A DNA stretch of 32,000 bases from contig NC_006138.1 in assembly GCF_000025945.1 (NCBI RefSeq), forward strand, positions 510,001-542,000, written 5' to 3'. This document shows, one piece after another, positions 9,524-18,844 of the stretch. The position numbers and the translations under genes were made by a program. The notes under the pieces are model-generated. The model was not told the origin of the DNA. It ran no database searches and was given only the letters and a program-made list of their open reading frames with translations. The first letter of the stretch is position 1; the number at the start of each line of letters is the position of its first letter. The DNA comes from Desulfotalea psychrophila LSv54 (GTDB taxonomy: Bacteria > Desulfobacterota > Desulfobulbia > Desulfobulbales > Desulfocapsaceae).

Positions 9524-10954
9524 CTATTTTTTACTTTGATTTTTAAACAGGGCCGACGGATCGACGCCTTCTACCACGATATCCATTGCAGCCACTTCCT
9601 GAAGAGGCAGCGGTTTAAGAGGTGGACGTATTTTCAGCAATCCAGCGTTCGGCACGGATCCATCCAGTTCTGCCGCAACAATTTCACCCAAGGCCTGTCC
9701 GCACATTCTGCCCTGACAGGGTCCCATTCCACATCTGGTGATGGCCTTTACCTCATTGAGATCAGTCACACCCTCAGAGACAAGCTTGCGTACCTTACCC
9801 ACCGTAATATTCTCACAACGACAGAGGACGGTCTCATCCTCAAAGGATATTTTATTCGGATTAGGGGCAAAAAAGGCATCGATCAGAGGACGAGGATAAG
9901 CGTCCTTCTTGATATTCTCCAAAGGCTGCGCGGCCAGGTTATCACGCTCATAAGGAGGAATGATACCAAGACAGCGGGCAACTTCCAGGGCCGACAACTC
10001 ACCCTTGAACTCAGCAGCCAAAGCACCGGAAACGCCTGTACCATCACCGGTTGCAAAGATTCGCTCAAAGTTGGTGCGTCCCCAACTATCCGTTGCCGGA
10101 TACCAGTAACGCTGCTCCTTCTGCCACTCCATATGACAGCCAGTAAGGCGATGAATATGGGTGTCAGGAACAACACCGAAATGAACAAGGAGCATCTCAG
10201 CATCAAATTTCAACTTTTTACGACCATGGTCCGCTGTCACGGTCGTGACGGCATCATCACCGATGGCCTTAAGATTTGTTATGTTCTTATAGTGGGGGAC
10301 ACCTGACTTCTTGATATCCCAGAGCATCTTCACGCCCTTGAGAAGGAAGGGAATGCCGCCCATGGCCTTGGGCAGATGTTGCAAAATTGAGGGAGAGGGA
10401 ATTGCCGCTGTTGTCTCAAGAATTGCCGCAACCTTAACCTTTTTCTGGGTGAGCAGGGCTGCCTCGAGTAAAAGCAAGGGACCACTTCCTGCCAGAACAA
10501 CGCTTCCGGACGGGGTAAGATCAGCATCTTTAGCAAGACCATTTACAGCACCGGCACCCATTACACCGGGCAGGGTCCAGCCAGGAAATGGTACAGGACG
10601 CTCCATGGCACCGGTAGCGATAATGACATAGTTTGCAGTTATACGCTCTGACACACCGGCACGTGAATAGCAGACCCGACCTTCAGATTCCACATTCCAC
10701 ACCAGAGAACTCCCCTCATACTCAGCACCACTCTTTCTAAATCGTTGGGCAAGATCAAGTCCACGGCGATACTCAGGACCCATCTTCTTCAGATTACTAT
10801 CCGATGCATGCTCTATATTGCGATAGATCTGCCCACCAATGTGGTTTTGCTCATCAAGGGTCAATACCTTCAGGCCCATTTCGGCAAGGGTTGAGCTTGC
10901 TGTAAGTCCAGCAGCCCCCGCACCGATCACAATTGTATCATAATGACGACTCAT
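9524..10954 (-). CDS. HcnB-type FAD-dependent oxidoreductase subunit with C-terminal BFD-like 2Fe-2S domain (amino-acid/opine dehydrogenase alpha-type)
   Basis: 476 aa; N-terminal [22 protein letters not shown] Rossmann fold; C-terminal [11 protein letters not shown]...[13 protein letters not shown]. Confidence 0.88.
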   Translation of the reverse strand: MSRHYDTIVIGAGAAGLTASSTLAEMGLKVLTLDEQNHIGGQIYRNIEHASDSNLKKMGPEYRRGLDLAQRFRKSGAEYEGSSLVWNVESEGRVCYSRAGVSERITANYVIIATGAMERPVPFPGWTLPGVMGAGAVNGLAKDADLTPSGSVVLAGSGPLLLLEAALLTQKKVKVAAILETTAAIPSPSILQHLPKAMGGIPFLLKGVKMLWDIKKSGVPHYKNITNLKAIGDDAVTTVTADHGRKKLKFDAEMLLVHFGVVPDTHIHRLTGCHMEWQKEQRYWYPATDSWGRTNFERIFATGDGTGVSGALAAEFKGELSALEVARCLGIIPPYERDNLAAQPLENIKKDAYPRPLIDAFFAPNPNKISFEDETVLCRCENITVGKVRKLVSEGVTDLNEVKAITRCGMGPCQGRMCGQALGEIVAAELDGSVPNAGLLKIRPPLKPLPLQEVAAMDIVVEGVDPSALFKNQSKK

Positions 10955-10956
10955 GA

Positions 10957-11256
10957 CTATTTTTCCTCCCCGGCTGCAAGGTTACGATTAACGACCATTC
11001 CCTTACGAACGGTGGTCATACAGGCCTGACGCTGGACACCATCAATTTCCATCAAACACTCAAAACAGACGCCCATTAAACAGTGAGGCGAACAGGGTTT
11101 TTTAGAGGTGGGAGAAACCTTTGAGGTTATCTCGCCAATTGCGAGCAGGGCAGCGGCCAGATTCACCTCTGCGGGAACAGAAGTGGCTTGCCCGTCCAAG
11201 ATTATTTCTACTGAATCCGATACTGATGAGTCGCGTTTAAACATTGAATCGTCCAT
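10957..11256 (-). CDS. Small 2Fe-2S ferredoxin-like subunit (HcnA-type) of the dehydrogenase complex
   Basis: CSPHCLMGVCFECLMEIDGVQRQACMT pattern. The ORF track starts at 11334, but MDDSMFKRD (11256) or MFKRD (11244) avoids most of the overlap with the upstream gene. Confidence 0.82.
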   Translation of the reverse strand: MDDSMFKRDSSVSDSVEIILDGQATSVPAEVNLAAALLAIGEITSKVSPTSKKPCSPHCLMGVCFECLMEIDGVQRQACMTTVRKGMVVNRNLAAGEEK

Positions 11257-12358
11257 TGCTGAAGTGTGAAATTTGTGGGGCCTCGGCTTTTTCAAGTATC
11301 CAGGGAGCGACATGCGTCGCTGACACAGGAGCAAGGCTTACAGCGGAGTGACCTGCCAACACATAGATGTTTTTATGCTCGGTAAGTCTGTCATATATAG
11401 GGCTTCCATCGGGGGTCATTACTCTGGCTGCCCCCCAACCTCTTACCCAGTTAACCTTGCCAAGTTCAGGGAAGAGCTTTATGGCTCCAGCCGCCTGATT
11501 CTTCATGGCCTCGGTGGTAACCTCAGAGTTATGACCGAAATCCTCGGTGGAGAGACCAATAAGAAAGGTGCCGTCAAGGGTCTGACGAACAGCCAATGTG
11601 GGAAAGTCGAGCTTCTTCTCTATCCGCTCACTGACCATAATCTGTCCGCGGGTAGGATAGACATTGAGATGATAATCAAGATCTTCCAGCAAACGTGAAG
11701 AACCATGACCGGCAGCTATGACCAACTTGCTGCACTGATAGTCACCCTTCGAGGTCTTTACCGTTACTGTACCGTCTCCATTAGGTACAACCCTTGTCAC
11801 AATCATGCCGCCATAATAAACACCACCCTTTTTCTGAAAGGCAGCCCTCATTGCAGCCATAGCACCCATGGGGTTTACGGTGCCCTGATCAGCAGAATAC
11901 ATGGCGCCGACAACCTCATCGCCGAGCTTCATCTTGGGAACCATGGAGGCAAATTCTTCCCGATCCACCATTCTGGCAGGGTAATCCATCCCCGCATCGC
12001 TACAGACCTTTTTCAGATTGGCAACGGCATCGCTGTACATCTGAAACTGCGCACCACTGGTTGCATGCAGGGCACCGCCATTCCACTCAAGCTCAACATC
12101 ATAGCCAGTTTCCTCTTCCAGCTTAGCAGCAAATTCCGGCCATAAAGTGGTCGCCATCCGACACCACTTGGCATAATTCGGGTTATTTGCTCCCTTGCAC
12201 ATAAACCAGGTTAAACCAAAATTACCTCGAGAGAGTCTCTGGGTTGGCAGCTGTTCATCGAACATTAGAACCTTGCCAGCTCCCTCACGGACAAGGCCAA
12301 GTGCTGTCGATGCACCCTGTAGCCCACCACCAATAACGATTATATCAACTTTCTTCAC
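11237..12358 (-). CDS. DadA/HcnC-type FAD-dependent oxidoreductase (amino-acid/opine dehydrogenase beta-type subunit)
   Basis: 373 aa; VDIIVIGGGLQGASTALGLVREG N-terminus and GWGAARVMTPDGSPIYDR near the C-terminus, typical of the DAO family. Confidence 0.88.
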   Translation of the reverse strand: MKKVDIIVIGGGLQGASTALGLVREGAGKVLMFDEQLPTQRLSRGNFGLTWFMCKGANNPNYAKWCRMATTLWPEFAAKLEEETGYDVELEWNGGALHATSGAQFQMYSDAVANLKKVCSDAGMDYPARMVDREEFASMVPKMKLGDEVVGAMYSADQGTVNPMGAMAAMRAAFQKKGGVYYGGMIVTRVVPNGDGTVTVKTSKGDYQCSKLVIAAGHGSSRLLEDLDYHLNVYPTRGQIMVSERIEKKLDFPTLAVRQTLDGTFLIGLSTEDFGHNSEVTTEAMKNQAAGAIKLFPELGKVNWVRGWGAARVMTPDGSPIYDRLTEHKNIYVLAGHSAVSLAPVSATHVAPWILEKAEAPQISHFSNGRFNV

Positions 12359-12434
12359 TTGCTCATCTCCATCAGTCTAAGCACCTGTTGTTGGGGAAAA
12401 ATTCAATTACGACTAATCTTACCACGTATACTTA

Positions 12435-12452
12435 ATGCTAATTCTATGCCAG
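12435..12452 (-). promoter_or_regulatory. Sigma-54 promoter of array copy B
   Basis: Minus strand CTGGCATAGAATTAGCAT, GG-N10-GC spacing, about 80 bp upstream of the first gene. Confidence 0.78.
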
Positions 12453-12627
12453 ATTTAATTAATTTTTATTGATCTTCATAATAACAAGAAGTTAAGCATT
12501 GAGACGAAGACAAGACAATGCACTGAAATCACTCCACTTGTCCAGAAACAAGCAGAAATATGGTAAGATTATAGTCTTTAAGAAATGAGGCCCAGAAATG
12601 CAGGGAAAAAATAAAAAAACAGCCATA

Positions 12628-12650
12628 TTATGTTTCATAATGAAACATAA
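12628..12650. promoter_or_regulatory. Near-perfect palindrome, putative activator-binding site
   Basis: TTATGTTTCAT-A-ATGAAACATAA, 11-bp perfect arms, about 176 bp upstream of the sigma-54 promoter. Confidence 0.65.
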
Positions 12651-12708
12651 TTCATGTTATTCGGCGCTTTTCTTTGAAGTGATTGCTCTTAAGAAGAGAT
12701 GGTACAAA

Positions 12709-12724
12709 ATGAAGCATGTGTCAT
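12709..12724. promoter_or_regulatory. Second putative activator-binding dyad upstream of copy B
   Basis: ATGAAGCA|TGTGTCAT, conserved in position and half-site with copy C (ATGCAACA|TGTCTCAT at 14495). Confidence 0.5.
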
Positions 12725-12963
12725 TTTGAGAAATAGACGATTCGTAAAAAAAGAAGCCCATAAGCCACAGAATAGATAAGAAAATGATGACCACAACACC
12801 CATAGGCCATGGACCTTTCAGGAAAAGCAAACAGTCTCTCCCGGCAACGAGAGGACTGACACCCCAAGGCTGTGCCAATTATTCTCCAAAATCAAATTAA
12901 AAAAGAGATAGAGGAAAATTTCAGCCAGGCACAGAGCATTAAGAAAACTCTGCCCAGAGCCCT

Positions 12964-12996
12964 CCCCGGCCACTTCTCATCAAAAAATAGCCGGGG
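12964..12996. other. Hairpin just 3' of dctP copy C
   Basis: CCCCGGC ... GCCGGGG perfect 7-bp arms; counterpart of the copy A and copy B hairpins. Confidence 0.5.
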
Positions 12997-13011
12997 AACT
13001 TCTAGTCGTGA

Positions 13012-14010
13012 TTATTTGGTAACCCGATCAAGAACGCCCTGCCCCCACTCCTGGCCCACGTCGCGAAGAATCACAGGCCAAACGGCAGACTTGGCCCTAT
13101 CCGAAAGCGCCGCAATTTCCGCCTTACTAATGGGGAGAATTACTGCACCGTAATCGGCAAGTTTCTTCTCGTTGGCTGCCTGATCTGCCTCAGCAACAGT
13201 CCAACGTCGTTCTTCAAATTGAGTTGCAACATTCTGCACCTGCCCTTGCTCTTCAACAGAGAGTTTATCAAAATCTTTCTGACTCATGATAAGATACCAC
13301 ACCTCAAAATGGGTGTTGGCAGGAAGATAATACTTGGTAACATCTCTAAATGAAGAATAATAGCCCTCGGCTCCTGAGCCAATTACACCATCAACAACAC
13401 CGGTCTGCACAGCGGTGAAGGCATCGGAAAATGGAATTGGCGTGCCAAGATAACCGCTGGTGTCTGCCAGCAATTGAAAGGTTTTCATTGGCTGAACACG
13501 AACCTTGAGCCCCTTGGACACATCCGGATTCCCGTAATCCTTCACCTCTTTGTTAAAAGAGATACCACCAAAGTAGACGGGCCAGGCGGCAATCATATGA
13601 ATGTTCTGCTCAGCATAGAGACCTTCAACAACCTTACGCAGAGGTGCGCCGGGACCATAATTATCCCGTGCCTGCCTCCAATTTTCTACGATATAAGGAA
13701 AATAGATAAGCTGGAATCTTTTATCCGCCGCAGTAGACGGTGGTTGACAGGCAAAGGAAATCGCGCCCAGGCTGACCCGCTCCTGAACAATGGTATAATC
13801 GCCAAGGGCATTGGCAGGATAAATCTTCGTTTTCAACTTGCCAGCCGAAGCCTCCTTCAGGGTATCTGAAAACCAGTGGAGATCCTTATCAATTGCTGTT
13901 CCCTGAGGTCTCACATGTGAAATTTTCATGGCTCTCGCCTGGATGCTTCCTGCCAACATAGAGACACTGGCAAGCAGAACCAGGGCACTGATAACAAAAT
14001 GTTTCTTCAC
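13012..14010 (-). CDS. dctP: TRAP transporter substrate-binding protein, DctP family (copy C, orphan)
   Basis: 332 aa, intact and highly similar to copies A and B, but with no intact adjacent permease genes. Confidence 0.92.
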   Translation of the reverse strand: MKKHFVISALVLLASVSMLAGSIQARAMKISHVRPQGTAIDKDLHWFSDTLKEASAGKLKTKIYPANALGDYTIVQERVSLGAISFACQPPSTAADKRFQLIYFPYIVENWRQARDNYGPGAPLRKVVEGLYAEQNIHMIAAWPVYFGGISFNKEVKDYGNPDVSKGLKVRVQPMKTFQLLADTSGYLGTPIPFSDAFTAVQTGVVDGVIGSGAEGYYSSFRDVTKYYLPANTHFEVWYLIMSQKDFDKLSVEEQGQVQNVATQFEERRWTVAEADQAANEKKLADYGAVILPISKAEIAALSDRAKSAVWPVILRDVGQEWGQGVLDRVTK

Positions 14011-14034
14011 TTCTTACTCCTTAGATAACGTTCT

Positions 14035-14090
14035 TAATTAATAGCAAAAAATCTTGCAAAAAGAGAGACAAACCCAACCAAAGGGAGGCA
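14035..14090 (-). pseudogene. dctM: Remnant of the dctM 3' end (copy C)
   Basis: TTAATTAATAGCAAAAAATCTTGCAAAAAGAGAGACAAACCCAACCAAAGGGAGG aligns with the copy B dctM 3' end TTAATTAATAGCCAAAGAGTCTTGGGAAAAAGAGAGACAGATCTGGCCATAGAGAGG. Confidence 0.7.
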
Positions 14091-14104
14091 AGTCGTACCC
14101 TCAA

Positions 14105-14236
14105 AGACGAGCTTGTACCAAAGAGCAAAACCTTGCCAGCACCTCACAGACATGAGCGATCGATGCACCCGCAGCCCGCCAGCAACAACGGCTATATCAC
14201 CTCCCCCCACCTGCTCATCTCCGCCAAACAAAATTT
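14105..14236 (-). pseudogene. Remnant of the 5' end of the DadA/HcnC-type FAD oxidoreductase gene (copy C) plus its leader
   Basis: AACCTTGCCAGC...CGATGCACCCGCAGCCCGCCAGCAACAACGGCTATATCAC...CTGCTCATCTCC aligns with 12268-12370 of copy B. The minus-strand frame reads GGGDIAVVAGGLR, against the intact VDIIVIGGGLQG. Confidence 0.7.
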
Positions 14237-14280
14237 TTACTGTTAGGGATAAAACAATTACGGCCCACGCAACCACCTCT

Positions 14281-14298
14281 ATGCCAGTTCCATGCCAA
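14281..14298 (-). promoter_or_regulatory. Sigma-54 promoter of array copy C
   Basis: Minus strand TTGGCATGGAACTGGCAT, GG-N10-GC spacing. Confidence 0.72.
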
Positions 14299-14416
14299 CC
14301 TGAATTAACTTCACCAATACCTCACAAGAGCAAGAAGTTAGCGCCTTCCGCAGAAAAAGCAAACAGGACAATTTCTTGATATAATTATAAAAAGATCTAA
14401 AGAAATCCCATTCACC

Positions 14417-14433
14417 TGTTTTATTATGAGACA
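14417..14433. promoter_or_regulatory. Putative activator-binding dyad upstream of copy C
   Basis: TGTTTTAT-T-ATGAGACA, degenerate counterpart of the copy B palindrome. Confidence 0.45.
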
Positions 14434-14494
14434 CAGATTGGCCAATTCACTCTTTTTCTTTAGAGCCAGTACTTACGAAGAGAAACGCTACGAA

Positions 14495-14510
14495 ATGCAA
14501 CATGTCTCAT
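14495..14510. promoter_or_regulatory. Second putative activator-binding dyad upstream of copy C
   Basis: ATGCAACA|TGTCTCAT, counterpart of 12709..12724. Confidence 0.45.
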
Positions 14511-14752
14511 TTTAAGAATTAACTGATTCGTAAAAAGGAGCCTTAAAGTCGCAGGAGCCCGTGATGGACATCGTTTACCAAAGAGCCCTACAGAGGCCAG
14601 CCTCCTCAACAAGAGAGCTGGCAAAGGGCAGAGAGTGAAATATCCCACTTTCATAAAGGCTGGACGGCAAACAGAGAAAAATGTAGGCTAGCCCATGGTA
14701 ATGGGCTTAAGCTGAGCAAAAAATAACTATAGGCATATAGCAGAAAATCATT

Positions 14753-15850
14753 ATGAAGAACAACAGAGAGAGAACCTGGTGTATTCAACTCATTGAAAAT
14801 TTTGAGACAATAATAAGAGAGAGAGCCCTGTCGCTCGAAACACCCTGCATGGAGATACTGTCCAGCGACAAAAAACTGGGTAATTGGGCCAGCGCAACAA
14901 AGACGATGGGTATCTCAAAGACACTCATTGAAGACTATAGCTGGGATGTAGTTATTGAAATCTTACGCCATGAGATGGCCCATCAATATGTATCTGAAGT
15001 CTTAAAATGTACTCAAGTCATGCCCCATGGAAACGAATACCAACGGGCCTGTTCCATCCTGGGAGTACATCCGGATTACCGGGGCGCAAGCACCGCCTGC
15101 CCACCAGTCACTCCACGACCTGCAGAAGAAAAGGCCCATGCCCAGCTGGCCAAGGTCGAAAAACTTCTGGCCCTGGCAGAATCTGCCGAAGAGCACGAGG
15201 CAAGCGCTGCCATGGCCAAGGCAAACAGACTTATTGCCCGCTACAATCTCCAACTTATTGCCGATAAGACACCACAAAAATATGACTATATTCAGATCAA
15301 AGTCGGCAATAAACAGGTTCCTGCCTGGATCAAAAGCATAACCGTAATTATCAAGGAACACTTCTTCGTAAACACCATTATAATTTCCCAGTACGATGCC
15401 AAGACAGATTCCACCTTCAAAGCAGTAGAACTCATCGGCAACAGAGAAAATATCTCTATAGCCGCACATGTTTTCCACTTTCTCTGCGCCCGCCTGCCTC
15501 TGCTGTGGAATAATTTTCAAAAGGAGAGCGCTGTGCAGGCAAGGGAAAGACGCTCTTACTATCTTGGCGTCATCAGAGGTTTTAAAGAAAAAATGGATGC
15601 TGGAGAGAAAAGCCATCCCTTCCTCGCTGAGACAGGACTTACAACAAGTGCACTGATACTTGCCCAGGACCAAGAATTACAGAAGTTCTTTATCCAGAGG
15701 TATCCACAGACAAAACTATGCCGAACAAAGGCCACAAAAATCTATACGGCTAGCTATAATTCCGGCATAGGCGTAGGCAAAAAACTCACCGTACACAGGC
15801 CTATTACCAACAGCCAGGGTAACCTGGGACACCTGCTCCCCCGCCCATAG
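14753..15850 (+). CDS. DUF2786-type protein with N-terminal HExxH (HEMAHQ) metallopeptidase-like region
   Basis: 365 aa; HEMAHQY followed by KVEKLLALAESAEEHEASAAMAKANRLIARYNL, typical of DUF2786 proteins. Confidence 0.75.
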   Translation: MKNNRERTWCIQLIENFETIIRERALSLETPCMEILSSDKKLGNWASATKTMGISKTLIEDYSWDVVIEILRHEMAHQYVSEVLKCTQVMPHGNEYQRACSILGVHPDYRGASTACPPVTPRPAEEKAHAQLAKVEKLLALAESAEEHEASAAMAKANRLIARYNLQLIADKTPQKYDYIQIKVGNKQVPAWIKSITVIIKEHFFVNTIIISQYDAKTDSTFKAVELIGNRENISIAAHVFHFLCARLPLLWNNFQKESAVQARERRSYYLGVIRGFKEKMDAGEKSHPFLAETGLTTSALILAQDQELQKFFIQRYPQTKLCRTKATKIYTASYNSGIGVGKKLTVHRPITNSQGNLGHLLPRP

Positions 15851-15996
15851 CGCCTCTCCCCTCAGCCACAAAAAGAATTCCACAAGCAGGAGAGGAGACA
15901 GACTTTACCATTGACACTAAACCCCATCTCAATGTTATATGTCGACCAGACAGCAAGCAACACTCCGGTAAAACTTAATATAATTAGAGGGCGAAG

Positions 15997-18069
15997 ATGT
16001 TTAAAAAGGCCAAATTAAAGGTCAAGATGCTCGTACCCATCTGCGGTACTGTTTTAATAGCATTTGTCATAACCATTGCCAGCATAACCAACTTAGCCTC
16101 AGAACATGCGAAAGAGAGGGCCTTAAACCTGGCCACCGAAACTGCCCATCGCTATGGAGGCGAGGTACAGAACGAAATATCAAAGGCATGGGACGCAACG
16201 ACCACCATGTCAGAAATGATAGGGGGGGCAATGAGTAGCGGCAACACAGCCAAGCGCGCCTCCGTAGTTGCAATGCTCACCAGCGTTATCAGCCAACACC
16301 AAGAGTTTTATGGTGTTTGGACAATCCTCCAACCCAATAGTTACGATGGGCCGGACAGCGAAGCCGACCCCTCCCAGCCAGGCACCGGCGAAAAGGGACA
16401 GTTCCGCCCCAATATTCACCGCTATAGCGGCCCCATCAAAACAACCCTTATCAAATACCGCCCTGAGAGCAGTGCCAAAGGCGCCTGGTACTGGATTCCC
16501 TATCGTAGCGGCAGGCCCTATATTACCCCCCCCACCGTCTACAATATAAACGGCCAGGACGTGACCATGATCTCCATCTGTGTTCCCATAATGAAAAATG
16601 GCACACCAGTGGGCGTAGTTGGCATTGACCTCGGCATGGAACGGATGCAGGAGATCGTCTCCGAGATCAGACCATTTAACACCGGTTTCGGCTACCTGCT
16701 CTATACAGACGGTACCGTTCTTGCTCACCCAGACAGTAAGGCTGTGCAGAGAAAGGTCACCGATCTCGACATCGACCAGGCAGTACTGCCGGCCATCCGT
16801 CAGGGCAGAGACTTCGTCTGGGAGGGAGAAAGTAATCGTTTCCAAGGTGAAGCCCTGTCCGTCTTCGCCCCATTTAAAATCGGTAGCAGTGACTCTCCAT
16901 GGAGTCTGGCCGTTACCATTCCCATGGACACGGTACTTGCCAATGCCCAGCAACTTCTGCGGGTAAGCATCATCATCGGCATCCTCTCCCTCACCATCCT
17001 CCTGGCCCTGGTCTACGCCATTTCGACATTTGTCATCGTCCGCCCCATCGAGATGGTTGTCAACGGCCTTAAAGATATCGCCGGCGGAGAGGGAGACCTG
17101 ACAAAACGACTCGATGCATCCACAAAGGATGAAATTGGCGAACTCTGCAGTTGGTTCAACACCTTTATAGCCGAACTGCAGAGAATTATGACAGAGGTTT
17201 CCGGCAAGTCGGCAATTCTGGGTGCCTCAGCGCAAGCACTGCAAGCTACCTCAAAAGAGATGACAGGCGACGCCAATACGACATCGGCAAAAACCGTCCA
17301 TGTATCGACTGCCATCAGAGACATGAACGGCAATATTTCCACCGTCGCAGCCGCCATGGAGCAGACATCCACCAATATTGGCCTTGTGGCCTCCGCCACA
17401 GAAGAGATGACGGCAACCATCAACGAAATCGCCAAACACTCAGAATCAGCTCGGGCAATTTCCGGCAATGCCGTCTCTAGATCGCAAAAGGCCTCGGATA
17501 AAATGGATCTGCTCGGAGGCGCCGCTCGGGATATCGACAAGGTTACCGAAACAATCACGGAGATTTCCGAACAAACCAACCTCCTGGCGCTCAACGCCAC
17601 CATTGAGGCAGCCAGAGCCGGAGAGGCAGGTAAGGGCTTTGCCGTAGTAGCTGGTGAAATCAAGGTACTCTCCCAGCAGACCGCCAATGCAACCAAGGAG
17701 ATACAAAAACGCATCGAGGGAATCCAAACAGCTACCAACGAATCCATTGAGGAGATCAACGGCGTATCCAAGGCCATCGAAGATGTCAATGACACTATCT
17801 CAACCATCGCCACCGCCGTCGAGGAACAGTCCATTGCCTCACAGGAGATCGCCGACAACATAGGTCAAGCATCTCAGGGAGTGCAGGAGGTAAACACCAA
17901 CGTAACCGAAACTGCAGGACTGGCAGACCAGGTAACCAATGACGTTGAAGAGGTAAGTGCGGCAACAACTGATATAGCGAACCTGAGTACCACGGTAACA
18001 ACCAGCGCCAATGAGTTAAACCAACTCTCCGGCGAGCTAAACGCCCTGGTTGAGCGTTTCAAGGTCTAA
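15997..18069 (+). CDS. Methyl-accepting chemotaxis protein with periplasmic Cache-like sensor and HAMP domain
   Basis: 690 aa; N-terminal TM, Cache-like [15 protein letters not shown], second TM, HAMP ([10 protein letters not shown]), and conserved signalling hairpin [41 protein letters not shown]. Confidence 0.95.
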   Translation: MFKKAKLKVKMLVPICGTVLIAFVITIASITNLASEHAKERALNLATETAHRYGGEVQNEISKAWDATTTMSEMIGGAMSSGNTAKRASVVAMLTSVISQHQEFYGVWTILQPNSYDGPDSEADPSQPGTGEKGQFRPNIHRYSGPIKTTLIKYRPESSAKGAWYWIPYRSGRPYITPPTVYNINGQDVTMISICVPIMKNGTPVGVVGIDLGMERMQEIVSEIRPFNTGFGYLLYTDGTVLAHPDSKAVQRKVTDLDIDQAVLPAIRQGRDFVWEGESNRFQGEALSVFAPFKIGSSDSPWSLAVTIPMDTVLANAQQLLRVSIIIGILSLTILLALVYAISTFVIVRPIEMVVNGLKDIAGGEGDLTKRLDASTKDEIGELCSWFNTFIAELQRIMTEVSGKSAILGASAQALQATSKEMTGDANTTSAKTVHVSTAIRDMNGNISTVAAAMEQTSTNIGLVASATEEMTATINEIAKHSESARAISGNAVSRSQKASDKMDLLGGAARDIDKVTETITEISEQTNLLALNATIEAARAGEAGKGFAVVAGEIKVLSQQTANATKEIQKRIEGIQTATNESIEEINGVSKAIEDVNDTISTIATAVEEQSIASQEIADNIGQASQGVQEVNTNVTETAGLADQVTNDVEEVSAATTDIANLSTTVTTSANELNQLSGELNALVERFKV

Positions 18070-18124
18070 GCAAAAAACATCTGCCCGACTTACCTTCTAG
18101 TCGGGCAGATGACAGTTATATCTA

Positions 18125-18796
18125 TCAAGAACAGATTTTCACAGCAATACCGCGGATAGTAGGCCTAACCAAAGGCATTGAGGTGCGCATGCTCTCTCGC
18201 TTAATTTGAGAGATCTTAAACCCTGCCAGACAGAGAGCATTTTCTATCTCTCTGTTAAAATGACAGTTCCCCGCCAACCTTCGCCAAAGAGGAGTCATCC
18301 TGTCCTGCCATCTCCTTCTAGCCGAGCCTCTCTCAGCAGCTACATGCTCCAGAAAAACCAGGCTTCCACCTGGCCTTAAGACCCGATGGATCTGCTCTAG
18401 TACAGTCTCAAGATCTACCACAGAACAACAGACCAGTGTTGTCACCACAAAATCAAAGGAACCATCATCTCCTTCAACCTTCTCAGCTGAAGCGGAGGAG
18501 AAGGTGATATCCCTGAGCACACTCCTCCCAGCCTTAATCCTCAACTGATCACGCATGATTTTTTCAGGCTCTGAGAGGACTAAATGAGTAACCGATTCTG
18601 GATAAAACTCTATATTTGCCCCGGTTCCAGCTCCTATCTCAAGCACATCGCCATGCACCTCCTGCAAAAGATCACGTCGCCACTCACGCAAACAGGATTT
18701 TTCTGTGGAGGCCATCAGTATATCGTATAAACGTTCGACTAGAAAAAACATTGAGCCACCACTCCCCAGCCTGCTGAGTTTAACCAATCTGGGCAA
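18125..18796 (-). CDS. Class I SAM-dependent methyltransferase (start uncertain, possibly the internal MFFLVERLYDILM)
   Basis: GDVLEIGAGTGANIEFYPESV motif I, DDGSFDFVVTTLVCCSVVD, and RVLRPGGSLVFLEHV. Confidence 0.87.
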   Translation of the reverse strand: MPRLVKLSRLGSGGSMFFLVERLYDILMASTEKSCLREWRRDLLQEVHGDVLEIGAGTGANIEFYPESVTHLVLSEPEKIMRDQLRIKAGRSVLRDITFSSASAEKVEGDDGSFDFVVTTLVCCSVVDLETVLEQIHRVLRPGGSLVFLEHVAAERGSARRRWQDRMTPLWRRLAGNCHFNREIENALCLAGFKISQIKRESMRTSMPLVRPTIRGIAVKICS

Positions 18797-18844
18797 GGTG
18801 CCACCCTATCAGACTGAATACCAAGTTTTCCCTTCAAGGCAGGG

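Noticed and set aside
14034-14276. 80-aa minus-strand ORF near dctP copy C
   Set aside because: Its GGGDIAVVAGGLR segment is the degraded N-terminus of the FAD oxidoreductase, so it is reported as a pseudogene scar and not a gene.
15002-15673. 223-aa minus-strand ORF antisense to the DUF2786-type gene
   Set aside because: Shadow ORF without protein-family features.
16210-17861. Long minus-strand ORFs (247 aa and 282 aa) inside the chemoreceptor gene
   Set aside because: Fully antisense to a clear MCP. Composition reflects the opposite strand; no domain or start context was found.
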